This document shows positions 12,601-26,135 of a stretch of 64,000 nt of DNA, in pieces. The notes under the pieces are model-generated. The model ran no database searches, was not told the origin of the DNA, and was given only the letters and a program-made list of their open reading frames with translations. The translations under genes and the position numbers were made by a program. Origin of the DNA: Laetmonice hystrix (taxonomy: Eukaryota). The DNA lies in assembly GCA_965235115.1 (NCBI GenBank), contig OZ249444.1, positions 6,076,001-6,140,000 of the forward strand, read 5' to 3'. Numbering within the stretch: the first letter of the stretch is position 1; the number at the start of each line of letters is the position of its first letter.

Positions 12601-13800
12601 CACAGCCACAGAGTCCTGCAGGCCAAGCCACATTGTAGCCACACTGTAGCAAATTACGTTCCCCAGAGATCATTGCAAAGAACCGCTGTCCACCTGCTGT
12701 CCGCAAATGAGAACAAATGTCAGTACATTTTTACGTAATGATCGAAGACTTTGATGGCTCAACACAGCCTTAATATGATTATGTTGTCTTTTTTCATGTT
12801 GTCGGCCAGGTTTAACATTCCCAGGTGAATGCTTCAGTAAACTTGAGTTGATCAGGGTTGTTTTGACCGAACCTTTTGGTCAGCCGTCGAAACAATTTGC
12901 CACCGAGATGTACTGATGGCTGAGTTTTGGACTGCTCCCATGAAACCACCGCCCCCCTTGTATCCCCGGGAGCTCTGACTAACCACATTTACCGCAAAGT
13001 CTCACCCTCCCTGAAGGGGTGTACCACATTTTCAGAGGTACCCAAGGTACTTATGTGTACCGTATGTTTACTGGCCCGTAGGTAATTGCAAATTTGGCTT
13101 ATTCTGTGAGCACGATGGGATCTCCCATCAAAATGTGGTCGAGGTATCCGGTATGTTGGCTTCAAAACATTTTCGATGTGGCAATATCGAACTGCGCCTC
13201 CGCTCCAGCGTATCAGGGAATTTGGTATTACCAGTGCTCACCAGGTGGCAGGCCAGTCAAGTTGAGACGCCTAGTGGCGTTCACATGAAGCTTAGACAAC
13301 AATAACTAAGAGTATTTTGATCTCAAACAAGCTAGTGTCTTGTGATCAAAAATTAGGTGGAGATTAAGCAGTTCTCAAAAAGTGAATTCCGTCAGCATAT
13401 AGTATACAAATTGGGGGAATTTTCAAAATTGAGGTCCACCTCTGCCAAACGGACATATGGAACAGTTTCCAAAATTTGGGGCTAACCTGCATGTGCATTT
13501 ATAAACAGCTGGGGCAGTTCTCAAAAAATTTAAGCCTGCCTGTGTTTGGCAACTGATGTCGGAGCACTGGGGCAGATCTCAAAGATTGCGACCTACCTGT
13601 ACGTGCACTGGGTGGGGTAAATCAAGTAGGGGTTAATTTCGCAGGCGACAGTTATTGGGACACCGGGATTTGTAGAATGGGGTTGACGTATGCTGGGGCT
13701 TTGTGGAATGGACTGTTTCGTTCGGCTGTAACGACTACGTCACGAATAACGGGCGCGCTCATGAAACAAACATGTGGGTTGTTTGGCTCGGTCAGTGCTG

Positions 13801-13865
13801 GGGGCGGCTGGACCTGACGTGTGGCCCACGCCTCATGAATAATTCATGAGCTCGGTGCTGATTGG
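13801..13865. promoter_or_regulatory. Promoter/enhancer-like motif cluster
   Basis: GC box GGGGCGG (13801), TGACGT (13815), perfect palindrome CTCATGAATAATTCATGAG (13832-13850) and ATTGG (13861) in a CpG-rich patch. Confidence 0.35.
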
Positions 13866-13952
13866 CAGGGCGTGCTATTGTCGGTTCCGTTTCAGTTTCT
13901 TTGGTGCGATCCGTAGTATTTGGCTGTGATTACTGACCAGAGTTCATGATGA

Positions 13953-14172
13953 CAGGTGCCCTGTTAGATGATATTAGGCGTTGAGAGGTGCCCTGGTAGA
14001 TGATATTAGGCTTTGAGAGGTGCCCTGTTAGATGATATTAGGCTTTGAGAGGTGCCCTGTTAGATGATATTAGGCTTTGAGAGGTGCCCTGTTAGATGAT
14101 ATTAGGCTTTGAGAGGTGCCCTGTTAGATGATATTAGGCTTTGAGAGGTGCCCTGTTAGATGATATTAGGCT
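13953..14172. repeat. Minisatellite, 32-bp unit (about 7 copies)
   Basis: Unit GAGAGGTGCCCTGTTAGATGATATTAGGCTTT. Confidence 0.96.
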
Positions 14173-14553
14173 TGGGTCTAGGTCCGTTATTCTGTGGCCG
14201 GCGATAAGGCCCAAACAAATGGAAGAGTTAACTCCAACCCTGCAATCATCTACTTGGTTATGACCTCATACCCATTTTTAGATAGGAAGAGTAACTTACT
14301 TGGTGTACAACTACAATGTGGTTGACCTGTGTTTACAAGTACTGTTGCTAATCCGATTACACAACCACAGTTTACTTTTGCTCATGTGTTACGAATGGCC
14401 CTGAAGTCAAGGACTAGTCATTGTTCGTAAGCTCACCTACTTGTACACCTACATATTGATGGAGTTAAAATTTCCCAAGCTTTTGGTCATAGTTTAGATT
14501 TTATTTGTTGTGCTTACTTAACATGGCTGGGTTGTGTTTGGTGTGTTTTGGTC

Positions 14554-14916
14554 GTGATGGCGAGGCAGTGCCTGGCGTGTTTAGCAGTGATGGCGAGGCA
14601 GTGACTGGCGTGTTTCGGCAGTGATGGTTGGGCAGTGCCTGGCGTGTTTTGGCAGTGATGGCTAGGCAGTGACTGGCGTGTTTTGGCAGTGATGGTTGGG
14701 CAGTGCCTGGCGTGTTTTGGCAGTGCTGGTTGGGCAGTGCCTGGCGTGTTTTAGCAGTGATGGCTAGGCAGTGTCTGGCGTGTTTTAGCAGTAATGGCTA
14801 GGCAGTGTCTGGCGTGTTTTAGCAGTGATGGCTGGGCAGTGCCTGGCGTGTTTTAGCAGTGATGGCTAGGCAGTGTCTGGCGTGTTTTAGCAGTGATGGC
14901 TAGGCAGTGCCTGGCG
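14554..14916. repeat. Minisatellite, 34-bp unit (about 11 copies)
   Basis: Unit CAGTGCCTGGCGTGTTTTAGCAGTGATGGCTAGG. Confidence 0.96.
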
Positions 14917-14959
14917 GAACGTTCATACAATACGGTACAGTTCTCCCAGTTGGTCAGGA

Positions 14960-15400
14960 TGTACTGGATTTTACGGATGGAATGTTTTAGTATCTTAATT
15001 AAAACGGGGGCTAAAAAGTTCTCTCAGCTGCAGTTACTAACAGTTCCGATCAGATTTCTTGAAACGAGGGAAATAACACGTCGTTGATGAAGAGATTTGT
15101 GTTTAGGAAATGACAAAAAGAACCCCATGAAATGGTTGTTTGGCTGCCACTCGACCGTGGAACCATCCGTTGTGTACTAGACTATTTTTTGCTATTGGTA
15201 GAAAATTAGCCATAACATGTATGCTAATAACTTTTGATAACACACAACCACGTCCTTTATGGACTTTAGTACTTGGTAATTTCACAGAACATTAAGCTTT
15301 TGTGAAAGGAGGTCGTTATATGAGTTTTTAGAAAACATTAAAACTTCTGTTTAATTTCGTGGATAGTGACGGAGACGGGCGTATTAAAAGTTCCGCAGAG
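14960..15400 (-). mobile_element. Degenerate LINE RT fragment (CR1/L2-like)
   Basis: Minus-strand FTKA*CSV (cf. DFSKAFDSV), NFLPIAKNSLVHNG (cf. FLSNRKQRVVLNG) and LFINDV (cf. LYINDL), in order. Confidence 0.4.
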
Positions 15401-18309
15401 CTGTAGAAATTCTTCATATATGGTTGTAATTAATTTTGCAGCAGGTAAAAAGCTGGACTAATTTGACAGTGATGGGTTGTGAATAGTGGTTGACAATGAG
15501 GTGGAGCAACCAGGGAATACGTCATATTGTGGGTGGTTATAGCGCTGATGGGATGTGACAGTTGACAGATAGAGGATGTATTCTCTTACCAGTACCCGTG
15601 TATCTATTGTCATTGGCCATTTCAAAGAACCCGTTGGGGTTGGGTGTTTTTCTTCGAAGGTATCATAGCGTTGTCGGTGCTAACAAAACAACCATTTTGT
15701 GGTTAAATATTATTGTAAACTCTTGAAGAAATAGAAGTATTACATTTAAGTTGTTTTCTGAAAGAAACGCATAGTGAATTGTCTGGGAGATATCGGCTTG
15801 CTGAAATGTCCGAAATTAGCCAAATCTTGTCCCCGCTAAGTGATGTAAGTAACGAAAAGAAGAGGGTCAAAATTAGGAGGCCGGGACCTCCAAGGACTTC
15901 AGGGAGACAGGGTGAAGTCATGTATGACGTCATATCCTCGGGCGTCTTTGATACCTGATCACTACCGTATTAATATAAGCCACGTTTTAAGTGGCTAACG
16001 TAGAACGTGACGTATATTGGCAGGGCGTCAAAGTGGAATTGATTAGACCGCGCCATCCCGAGACGTCGGGGCTTGCTTCAATGGAGGCGCAAAATGAAAT
16101 CTGTGATATTGCGGCGACTTGTCTTTCAAGCCATCTTCTTGAAAGGACCGGTCGCCCTGAGGATGTCTACAATACATGGTGTGTTCTCATTTAAATGAGA
16201 ATCCCCTCGAAATATGAAACAAATTTGGTGGTGTATACCTGACTCTTACTACGAAAGGGACGTGATTCATATAAGTTATCAATTTTGGGATGTGTTGAGG
16301 TCTCCACAACACTGGACTCTGTGAGAGCCTTCAGGAAGACTCGATCAATAACCGTTGGAGGTGGAACTTTTGGAGTGAGATTTTATTAGATTAACAAACG
16401 CGGACTGTATTAATCCGTCATTGTCAGATGGTAGTGCTTAGATTGAGAGGCCTTGGGCACAGTGCCACCTCCCTGGTCAGAGTTCTGACAACAGAGAAGT
16501 GTGTCGGTGCAGAAAGAGTCAATAAACTTATCAAATTTACGTTGGAACCGCATGGCCGTCTGGAGCAGACGGCAAGGAAAGGGCTCTGGTCGTATACCTA
16601 AGGTCAAAGGTCAAGGGACCAAGAATTGATGGTGTTTTACATTGATAGAGTTCAAGTATATTTTATTTATGTCATATTGGAAGAGTCGGAATAATTAGCG
16701 ATGATTTGATATTTCAGGGATTTGAAAAAGTTATTTATTCTGCTAAAGTCTTTTATGTGTCCCCTTCACTGACTAAAAACCTGAAATAGACTGATCGCCT
16801 ACATATTTATGTTCCGGAGTTCAGGTACGAGCTGTTGTTTTCATGAGGGTAGTTTTAGGATAAACCTTTTCATGGAGACTGTTTTGCTTTGGTTGTGTAT
16901 GCCACTGGTTAGCCAGGTAGACTACTCATGTACGGGCTCTTCAAAGATAGAGTCGGCGCCCTTGTGTCTGAGCATTACTGTATGCATGTCTGTCTGTGGG
17001 AGTGACTCAGCATCGAGGACACAAGACAAGGTAGAAAGAGACTCGACCTGATCCACCGGCTCTGTGGGGAATGAAAGGGGAGTAAGACTTGGTTTTCCCT
17101 AAGAAATCCGCGGTCCACAGTAGCATTTGGAAATCACCCCAGCGGGACTCCAGATGGTTTCCGGTTTTAGTTCACATTCAGATTTAGGTTAGAAGTTCAG
17201 TGATCGGAAAGCTGTACGAAGCCACTTAGGATATGTGGGTTCTGCTGACAGTTAAAGACACCTGCTGGTACATGGGAACTGGTCAGGTATAGTCCATGTG
17301 GTATGCAGTGGTCAGTTCAGTGGTCTCACATTCAACCATTGGTATCAGACGCTGCCTTGGGCGTCTGATGCCAGTCGACATTTCACTGCCATCGACAAGA
17401 ATCAGAGCTGTGCCTATAGCCAGAGGCCAAGTAGGAATTACTGCATGGACCTGTGACCTGGTGTCCGCCATTCATAACGTTAAAATTCACGTTGTGTGGC
17501 AGATATATAGCTCAATTCATTAACCCAACATGGTGTAATACCGTGTTTTATATTCCTCTTTACGGCTAGGTTTGCCTTGGATTATCATGGCGACAGAATT
17601 ATTACTCGGTCAGTCTTTAATGAGAGATAACTGAAGAATCCGGGGTCATTGACCGGCCTTATAACAAAAAGTAACGGTCGACATTGGTACTAGTGTTCTG
17701 ATTAAACTGCAACAATAATTATTTACTACTTACTGATATAACATCCCACTAATGTTCGTTTCTGGTCATTTGCCTTTAAAACGCCGCGTTTTTTAACCCT
17801 CTGAAAATATTAACTCTGCAATTAGAAACTGTGGAAATCGAAATCTGATGCAGTACATGTAAATCTTTATACGTGACGAGCCGAATATTTTGTGAATCAT
17901 TAGTCGACAGGTCCCATGTCTCCACCGTCCAGTCAGTGTCCGGGCTCCATGAATACTGAAGTTGACTGGCCCACTGGTTGGTACGGCACTGCATAATTGG
18001 ACGACACACGGTGTGATCGGCGCCCGTTTTTATGTCGCTTGCCCTCGCACTCGAGGGCGCTGTTTTTTTTTACCGACGGCACGTTACTATGACGTCGTCT
18101 GCTCGGTTGGTACGTACTACGTCACAATTAGCGACGGCGCGAAAACCTCGATATCACGTCAGCTGTAATGTTTGATTGGTATAATTGGTTGGTCGGGAAG
18201 ACCATAACGACTACCGTAATGACCCGTACAGGTGTTTTACACGGGTAGAGTGGGTACTTTCATGGAAGGGCAGCGACTCACTAACTGCACCTAAAGCCAA
18301 TCCATTGGA

Positions 18310-18900
18310 TGGGCCAAGGAAAGTCTCTTTAGATTTGATGAATGCAGAAAAGTGAGAACCCAAGGGAACGAATGCTGATTACTAGTAGGAAACCTAGGGT
18401 AAATTCTAACATGATATGTGGGTTTGTTACATTGGCCAATCCTGCTAAGTTGTGTTTCAAAAAGAGGAGAAATACAGGCAGAGATCGACTTAGTGAACGT
18501 ATAAACCACTCTCCCGGGAACAGGTTCGAGTTAACGAAGTGGAAAATCCCCATTTGCAGATCGGCCATGGGAAGCTTGGGCAGCGTGACACAACAGACAG
18601 CGATAAAAATATAATAACCCTACGGAGTTCGCCTCAGAGTCGTTTCATAGGAAGGAAATTATCTGAGAGCTACCCACGGCACCACCCGATCATCTGACAG
18701 GGCAAGGCTGGACTGGGAAACTCATTGGGGATTGAACGTTCTTGGTGATAAGATATGGAGAGGTAGTTGGGGCCTGATGGGAGGAATGGCTTTGCCAATT
18801 TCACGAAGGAAACAAAATGGAGCATTTAGACCTATTGATTCGGTGGTGTTGCACATAAGGAGGCTCTTGTTCTGGGAGGTATAAAGGTGGGGGAGCCAAT
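18310..18900 (+). mobile_element. Degenerate Ngaro/DIRS-like retrotransposon RT-RNaseH fragment
   Basis: Frameshifted RKVSLDLMNAEK*EP, CGFVTLAN, SAMGSLGSVT and LLFWE follow the order of motifs I recall from Ngaro RT (AGF.IN.EKS.W.P, LGF.ID, SM..ALG.V.R, EL.FW). Confidence 0.4.
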
Positions 18901-21129
18901 ATCTGGCATACTTTGCCTATAGACACAAGTAGTTTTAGACTAAGATAGACTCTATCGGCCACAGTTAGCTTATTCTGTCTGCCACAATATGACCAATGTT
19001 TCTTAGTCAGTTTATATATCACAATCTAGTCTATTAATTGACTACAATCACACCAGTGATAAACTAGTCATGACCTGCATGGTCAGTCTATATGTACATA
19101 TACACCACAACTCAGTCGCTATGTGTACTATGATGTGCAGACTTTATCTACTATGGGCATGGCCGCTGGCCAGTCTATCTGCCACTATCTGGCCAGTCCT
19201 CCTTGTGGTAAGTGGTCTAGCATTAATTAGTCTCGGCTCAGTTTGTCCTCATCAACACACCGGCTAATCTCCATACTGGTAACGGTTTTCAAGTCCTGCC
19301 AAGGGAGGGTTTCGATGGCATTGGCATGGGATTCCAACAGCTGGCGTTTCTTACACCTTTAAATGACATTTTGAGTGGATCCTTTCAGTGATGCTGACAG
19401 CAAGTGTAAGGCGATGTTTAAAACGATTTGGACAGAGCTGTGATAGTCGGTTGACTGCCGCCTGGCGTGAGGTATGGGAGCTCCCCCACCCGGGGGGGGG
19501 GGGGTGGCTCATCCGTATGCTTGGGTCACACACCACACAACCCTAGTCAGGTCAGATCCAGCACAGCTCTTCCTACTACTCCACCCACCCCACCCAACCT
19601 CCAGCACAATCCTGCTGCCGGACTGAGTAGTCAAGACGAGCAGGCGGCTTTATTGGACTTTCATCTCTTCATCCTGACCCAACTACGCAGTAGACGCGAA
19701 CCAACATATCAACCCGAACCCAAGCCACGCCCAGCGCTGCTGCTCAACCCGTTTCAAAGCAAATTCTGTCGATACTTGTCACAAGCGGGCTAAAAAAAGA
19801 AACGGCGAGATATATATAGCACCAGGAATATACATTGTACATTGAGGACTTGACACAGAGGGACATTGGTGCTGTCAGGGGTGTGATCCTTGAGCTGGGG
19901 GTCGCTGCCTAGGTATCGTCGCCCAATGGTATTGGGGTACTACTGCCCACACCAGTCGATGAAGGGTTCCCTCCAGAACCGTGGTCTCTCTCCATCCCTC
20001 TCTCCTCGCTCCCAATGAACCGGTGCGGAGAGATGAGCTGGCCGCGTGCATGGCAGGTGCATCCTGACTGTGACTCACATTGGTAGGAGGAGCACGCCTG
20101 CACGTGTCGGATGGTACCACTGATGACGATCTGTTTGAGTTCGCAATCTGGAAGTGAATGATAAAAACAACCGCGGAGAATCTGGAGACAGCCCACAGTA
20201 AACATCAGGGTTCACTAGCGGTTGTTGTTTTATACACGCAGCCCTGGACTGACTTGTAGAATCGTTTGTTTACACCCATACCTGAGGCCTCCAACAGGTA
20301 CGAGATGCACCTGGAGAAAAAAACTGACTCGCAGCAACAGATCACGTACCCACTGACTTGTTTGTATTGTACGTCATGACATTCTATGGGAAGTCGGGAG
20401 ATAAACAAAGACCTCAACAAGTCCTGTCACCTGTGGGTCTGTGACTCATCTACCGGGAGAAGGGCAGACTAGACCTGGCACCCAACAATCAATAGCTTCT
20501 GGCAAGGGGCACTTACTGGAGGAACTGTCTCCTCCGACTGGAGGAATGCACAGACGTGTCGACTGCCTGGAAGTGGCACACGGCTCTGTGAAATGACCCA
20601 GCCATAAGTGATCATCGACTCCTGCGGCGGGACGGCTCGATGGACATAGCAGCTAGTAACACCGGGATATCTTGGCTGGCACTGATAGCGGCGGTAGTCT
20701 GCAGGGGGAAATTAGTGGTGATGTTCAAAACAGCATGATTCAACAGGGGATCTACTTATTGATGACTCGATAACAGCGGCATTTGACTGAAGTACTGGTG
20801 ATACCATAAGAGCAGATTTCTACTCGGCGTGGTTGGGAAAACAACACTTTGGGCGGAGTATAGTATTGGTGGTGGTGATTTCCAGCAGTGTGTGTTCAGT
20901 GTGAGGGGTGGGGTGTGTTATTAAGTGACACACCTTGAAGTGGTAGTCTGTTATAAGCGTCGAGTGAAGACGCCGTGTTTTAAGGCTCCACAGAAGTGGT
21001 TAAGATCGGTGGTTCTGGTTGGCAGTCGGTGACGCACCGTAAAATACTAGTACGGATTACTCACGCGAGGAGAGCAGCTGCTGCTCCGGCTGGATACACA
21101 GACCAGGCTGGCCGTCTCACCATCTGCAT

Positions 21130-21132
<3 letters not shown>

Positions 21133-21171
<39 letters not shown>
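21133..21171 (+). repeat. (CAG)13 microsatellite
   Basis: 13 uninterrupted CAG followed by GAGCAGGAGCAG. Confidence 0.98.
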
Positions 21172-21174
<3 letters not shown>

Positions 21175-21430
21175 CAGGAGCAGGAATCGTGGGGGATTTG
21201 CTGTAGTACTGGGACGGCGCAGTTATAATAGCGTGGTCTTAGACTTTTCGTTTCTGGAATACCACAGAGGTCTACCACCGGTTGGTCCATTCTTGGAGTT
21301 CACTTTGGCGATCAGAGTACAGGGACAAGTTTTAGTGACACGACCTAGTGTTTACGGAGGAAGAGCAGGAGAGACCTGGTTTGGCGATTGAGTACGGAGA
21401 CAGGAGGAAGGCCCAACAACACAAACAACC

Positions 21431-21493
21431 ATGCATATGGCGTGGGGTGCCATGGGGTCGGACAGGAGCCGAGGGATATGGGGACACCGTACG
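21431..21493 (+). CDS. Candidate alternative first coding exon (MHMAWGAMGSDRSRGIWGHRT)
   Basis: AACCATG start context, 21 open codons and a consensus donor ACG|GTGAGT in phase 0, compatible with the exon at 42447. Confidence 0.4.
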
Positions 21494-21543
21494 GTGAGTG
21501 GTCACAACTCGACTCGGACACACTCGGACTCTCAAAACTGAGA

Positions 21544-22240
21544 GTTCGACTGTCAAAGCATGGCTGGGTGGAGGCAAGGGGGCAAGTTCGACTGTCAAAA
21601 CATGGCTGGGTGGAGGCAAGGGGGCAAGTTCGACTGTCAAAACGGGGCTGGGTGGAGGCAAGGGGGCAAAGTTCGACTGTCAAAACATGGCTGGGTGGAG
21701 GCAAGGGGGCAAAGTTCGACTGTCAAAACGGGGCTGGGTGGAGGCAAGGGGGCAAAGTTCGACTGTCAAAACATGGCTGGGTGGAGGCAAGGGGGCAAAG
21801 TTCGACTGTCAAAACGGGGCTGGGTGGAGGCAAGGGGGCAAAGTTCAACTGTCAAAACATGGCAGGGTGGAGGCAAGGGGGAAAAGTTCGACTGTCAAAA
21901 CGGGGCGGGGTGGAGGCAAGGGGGCAAAGTTCGACTGTCAAAACATGGCTGGGTGAAGGCAAGGGGGAAAGTTCGACTGTCAAAACGGGGCGGGGTGGAG
22001 GCAAGGGGGCAAAGTTCGACTGTCAAAACATGGCTGGGTGGAGGCAAGGGGGAAAAGTTCGACTGTCAAAACGGGGCGGGGTGGAGGCAAGGGGGCAAAG
22101 TTCGACTGTCAAAACATGGCTGGGTGAAGGCAAGGGGGCAAAGTTCGACTGTCAAAACGGGGCGGGGTGGAGGCAAGGGGGCAAAGTTCAACTGTCAAAA
22201 CATGGCAGGGTGGAGGCAAGGGGGTAAAACTTCGACTGTC
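21544..22240. repeat. G-rich minisatellite, 42-43-bp unit (about 16 copies)
   Basis: Unit GTTCGACTGTCAAAACATGGCTGGGTGGAGGCAAGGGGGCAAA, largely alternating with an AAAACGGGGC variant. Confidence 0.97.
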
Positions 22241-23355
22241 AACACGAGGGATGGGGAGGCTAGTGGTCACTGTTCAGTCTTCAGTGGGGCAACTTTGAGA
22301 AATAATGCCCAGCCTGCCGTTGTAGGTCACAGTTACAGTTTGTCGTAGTCAGCTGTAGCGAACGAATCCTATCAATGAAGAAATTGGTTGGCTGAGATTC
22401 GCTGTGTTGATTCCAGTGAAATTGTCATTGATAATGTGTCTCCCAAGTGGAATGAGGTCCTGTGAATGACGTGATGATTACTTGGTCTGGTACTGAAGGA
22501 ATGTCTCAGTAAGGTGGTAAATGGGAGTCAAAGATAAGACTCTCAGACTAAGTGTCCCGAACAAGGTTTAAGGAGGCTCCATCTACAAAATAGACCCAAA
22601 GTACTGTTAACCCAGAAATGAACGGTTAATGACTGTTGCCTGATGTGAACTTGCCAGTGTTTCCTTATCCTCGCGAGTTAGTACAAATAGAAACTGGAAT
22701 GACGGTTCCCATCGGTTCTGAGTGGTCAGGTGTGTTTCAGGGAATTAAATGAGATAAAAACTTAGAACTGATTAGGGGTGTTTCTCTTGGGGTCTGGGAA
22801 GGGTTAACGGTTCCGGAATGCTGCAGCTGAAACCTTTCATTAAATCCATATTGGTGCAGATTGAAATTGATTTAGGGCATTGGAACATGAGTTTGTGCGA
22901 TGAAGTGTTTGGGATTGAAGCAGGCTTAGCCGTGCCAAAACTCTCCGCCGAATGAAGCCTTTCAGCTGGCGCCATTTCCATAAATGTATTTGATTGTAAT
23001 GCTGTTTCCATAAAACTGTGTTGGTAGTGATGAACTGTGGCCCACAGAGGGCGCGCGTGTCGCCTTTATCCTGCTCATTCATTGGTTGTAATAAAGGGTG
23101 GATTAGTATAAATCCATGGTGCAATCCAAATTCATTTTATTATTTGATTCCATTTGACTGTGGTCATTCTCATGTGCACTCTGTATGTTGGCTGCCACTC
23201 TGGCTGACAATTGCCCCAATGGAATACTTGAAATAACACTTACTGAGTTTGTCTCCTGACCTTGTCGCTATTCCACCCACAACCCTACCCTGATGGGGAG
23301 TGAATCCTGGTACACATTTGTTGAGGGTAATGGTGAAAATGGTTCCCAGAGAGGT

Positions 23356-23999
23356 CCACACCATCCTCAGACCCCCTCCTGAACACTACACGGTCCCACA
23401 CCATCCTCAGACCCCCTCCTGAACACTACACGGTCCCACACCAGCCTCAGACCCCCTCCTGAACACTACACGGTCCCACACCATCCTCAGACCCCTCCTG
23501 GACACTACACGGTCCCACACCATCCTCAGACCCCCTCATGAACACTTCACAGTCCCACACCATCCTCAGACCCCTCCTGAACACTACACGGTCCCACACC
23601 ATCCTCAGACCCCTCCTGAACACTACACGGTCCCACACCATCCTCAGACCCCTCCTGAACACTACACGGTCCCACACCATCCTCAGACCCCTCCTGAACA
23701 CTACACGGTCCCACACCAGCCTCAGACCCCCTCCTGAACACTACACGGTCCCACACCATCCTCAGACCCCCTCCTGAACACTACACGGTCCCACACCAGC
23801 CTCAGACCCCCTCCTGAACACTACACAGTCCCACACCATCCTCAGACCCCTCCTGAACACTACACGGTCCCACACCAGCCTCAGACCCCTCCTGAACACT
23901 ACACGGTCCCACACCAGCCTCAGACCCCTCCTGAACACTACACGGTCCCACACCAGCCTCAGACCCCCCCCCCCCCTGAACACTACACGGTCCCACACC
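23356..23999. repeat. C-rich minisatellite, 39-40-bp unit (about 16 copies)
   Basis: Unit CACACCATCCTCAGACCCCCTCCTGAACACTACACGGTCC. Confidence 0.97.
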
Positions 24000-24004
24000 A
24001 GGAA

Positions 24005-24330
24005 GTAAAACCTCCTGGTCCTCTTCTCTTGGAGCCCAGTGGAATTCAGCAGTTTATGAGGTCCATATCTTTTCTCGCCGCCAGTCCGGGCAGAAAGCAG
24101 TTGTCAGCCTCTAATCCTTATCTCTGTGTGCCAGTTCTAAGATTGGTCGCGGACCTTCTCTGGGAGGTATTCAAGTACGGTTAGAAAGTTGGTCGGAGTT
24201 AGACGTTCTTGGTTTTTTTACCCAGTGTATTCTTATACGCCAGAGCAGGATCTTCTGAAAACCTATCATTTATAATTCTGTGGAGGAGAGAATTAAAGTG
24301 GTCACCATCCCTACATTTCCTGAGATATAA
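24005..24330 (-). mobile_element. Possible RTE-clade LINE 3' coding remnant
   Basis: Minus-strand GFQKILLWRIRIHW (cf. F.RKILRRIL.IHW) and EKRTRR (cf. GKR.RGRP); weak similarity. Confidence 0.25.
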
Positions 24331-25513
24331 GACCCAGTCGAGTACTTGACGACACAGTACTGCACTGGTTGCCTCCCATGCCAGTTGAAGCAGTGTATTG
24401 CTATGACCAACGACTTACCTCATCAGCTAAGTAACGTTAATGTGGAATCAAAGATCATCGGCTGATGTCAAGGGACCTGGAACAGCCAGGGCAGCAGTGT
24501 GGGAATCGATCTACCACCACCCATTCCACCCCACCCCACTCATTGTCAGCCCTGTCCTGGCCCAACGATCGTTCAGACTTCACGAAGACCACCCTGTCGT
24601 ATTAGATTCAGCTATTAACGTAGAGTTATGAAACTGAAATATTCGTCCATTTTAAATACTGTCATCCTTTGTATGATAATCATGGCGTCTCAATGAGCAC
24701 TGACTGTTCATGGCCACTTTGACTTTTCATTTTGGATTTCCTGGAACTTTTGATTAGAAAATATTAAAATGTATTGTAAAAGTTAGTTACCAGTCCCATG
24801 GTCACCTTTCTTAAGGGTTGCTGATATTGCCACCGGATTATGTAAGAATATCAATATGATCAACATGATCAAAATAGTCCCAAGTATGGAGCATAAAACC
24901 AGGAGCACTCTTTGGAAAGGTTAAATTCATCCAACATGTCTACTCCAGGGGACCTGCTTATATGAAGAACTTTCACGGCATGTGCTACTTGTTTTATTAC
25001 CATGCCAACCTGTTGCTATGCCAACAAGCCCCCACACTCTCATTAAGGGAGTTCCTAAATAGGCGCTTCATAATAAGAGGACCACAAACGGCGGGGATAT
25101 TACTGTTCACATTTGTCAGGTATTGTCCCTTCGTGAATTTGGTTGCTATAGTGAACTGTGCGCTGCCTTGAAGACTGCGATGATGTTGGCAGTTTGGATG
25201 GACGACTGAGTAGAAAATACGCATCGGAAATGAGGCGGAATAGTTGCAGGGAAATCTCTGTTTTGGTGTAGCGACAAGTGGTGTAATTGAGATGATTTCT
25301 GCGCTCAATACGAGCAGTAATTCACTTTCTGGGTGGTTTTAATTCATCTTAGTTCGGCATCCATTCTGTATTCTAATCACAGAACTTGGAAAGTGGCATT
25401 TAATGCCGGTGACAGAAAATTGTTGCCAGTAGTATTTGACTGTATAGTGTCGATGAAAGTGGTAGTCAGAGTCTCAGAAAATTGTTACTCAACTTGTCCC
25501 GCATTGCAGTTCT

Positions 25514-26135
25514 TTCAGCAGTCTGGTTAATGAACTGACTCAGACAGAATGTTCAGCAGTCTGGTTAATGAACTGACTCAGACAGAATGTTCAGCAGTCT
25601 GGTTAATGAACTGACTCAGAGAGAATGTTCAGCAGTCTGGTTAATGCCCTGACTCACTCAGACAGAATGTTCAGCAGTCTGGTTAATGCCCTGACTCAAT
25701 CAGACAGAATGTTCAGCAGTCTGGTTGATGCCCTGACTCACTCAGACAGAATGTTCAGCAGTCTGGTTAATGCCCTCACTCAGACAGAATGTTCAGCCGT
25801 CTGGTTAAAGCCCTGACTCACTCAGACAGAATGTTCAGCAGTCTGGTTAAAGCCCAGACTCACTCAGACAGAATGTTCAGCCGTCTGGTTAATGCCCTGA
25901 CTCACTCAGACAGAATGTTCAGCAGTCTGGTTAATGCCCTCACTCAGACAGAATGTTCAGCCGTCTGGTTAAAGCCCTGACTCACTCAGACAGAATGTTC
26001 AGCAGTCTGGTTAAAGCCCAGACTCACTCAGACAGAATGTTCAGCCGTCTGGTTAATGCCCTGACTCACTCAGACAGAATGTTCAGCAGTCTCGTTAATG
26101 CCCTGACTCAATGTTCAGCAGTCTGGTTAATGCCC
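25514..26135. repeat. Minisatellite, 38-42-bp unit (about 15 copies)
   Basis: Unit CAGACAGAATGTTCAGCAGTCTGGTTAATGCCCTGACTCACT with a variable CACT module. Confidence 0.97.
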
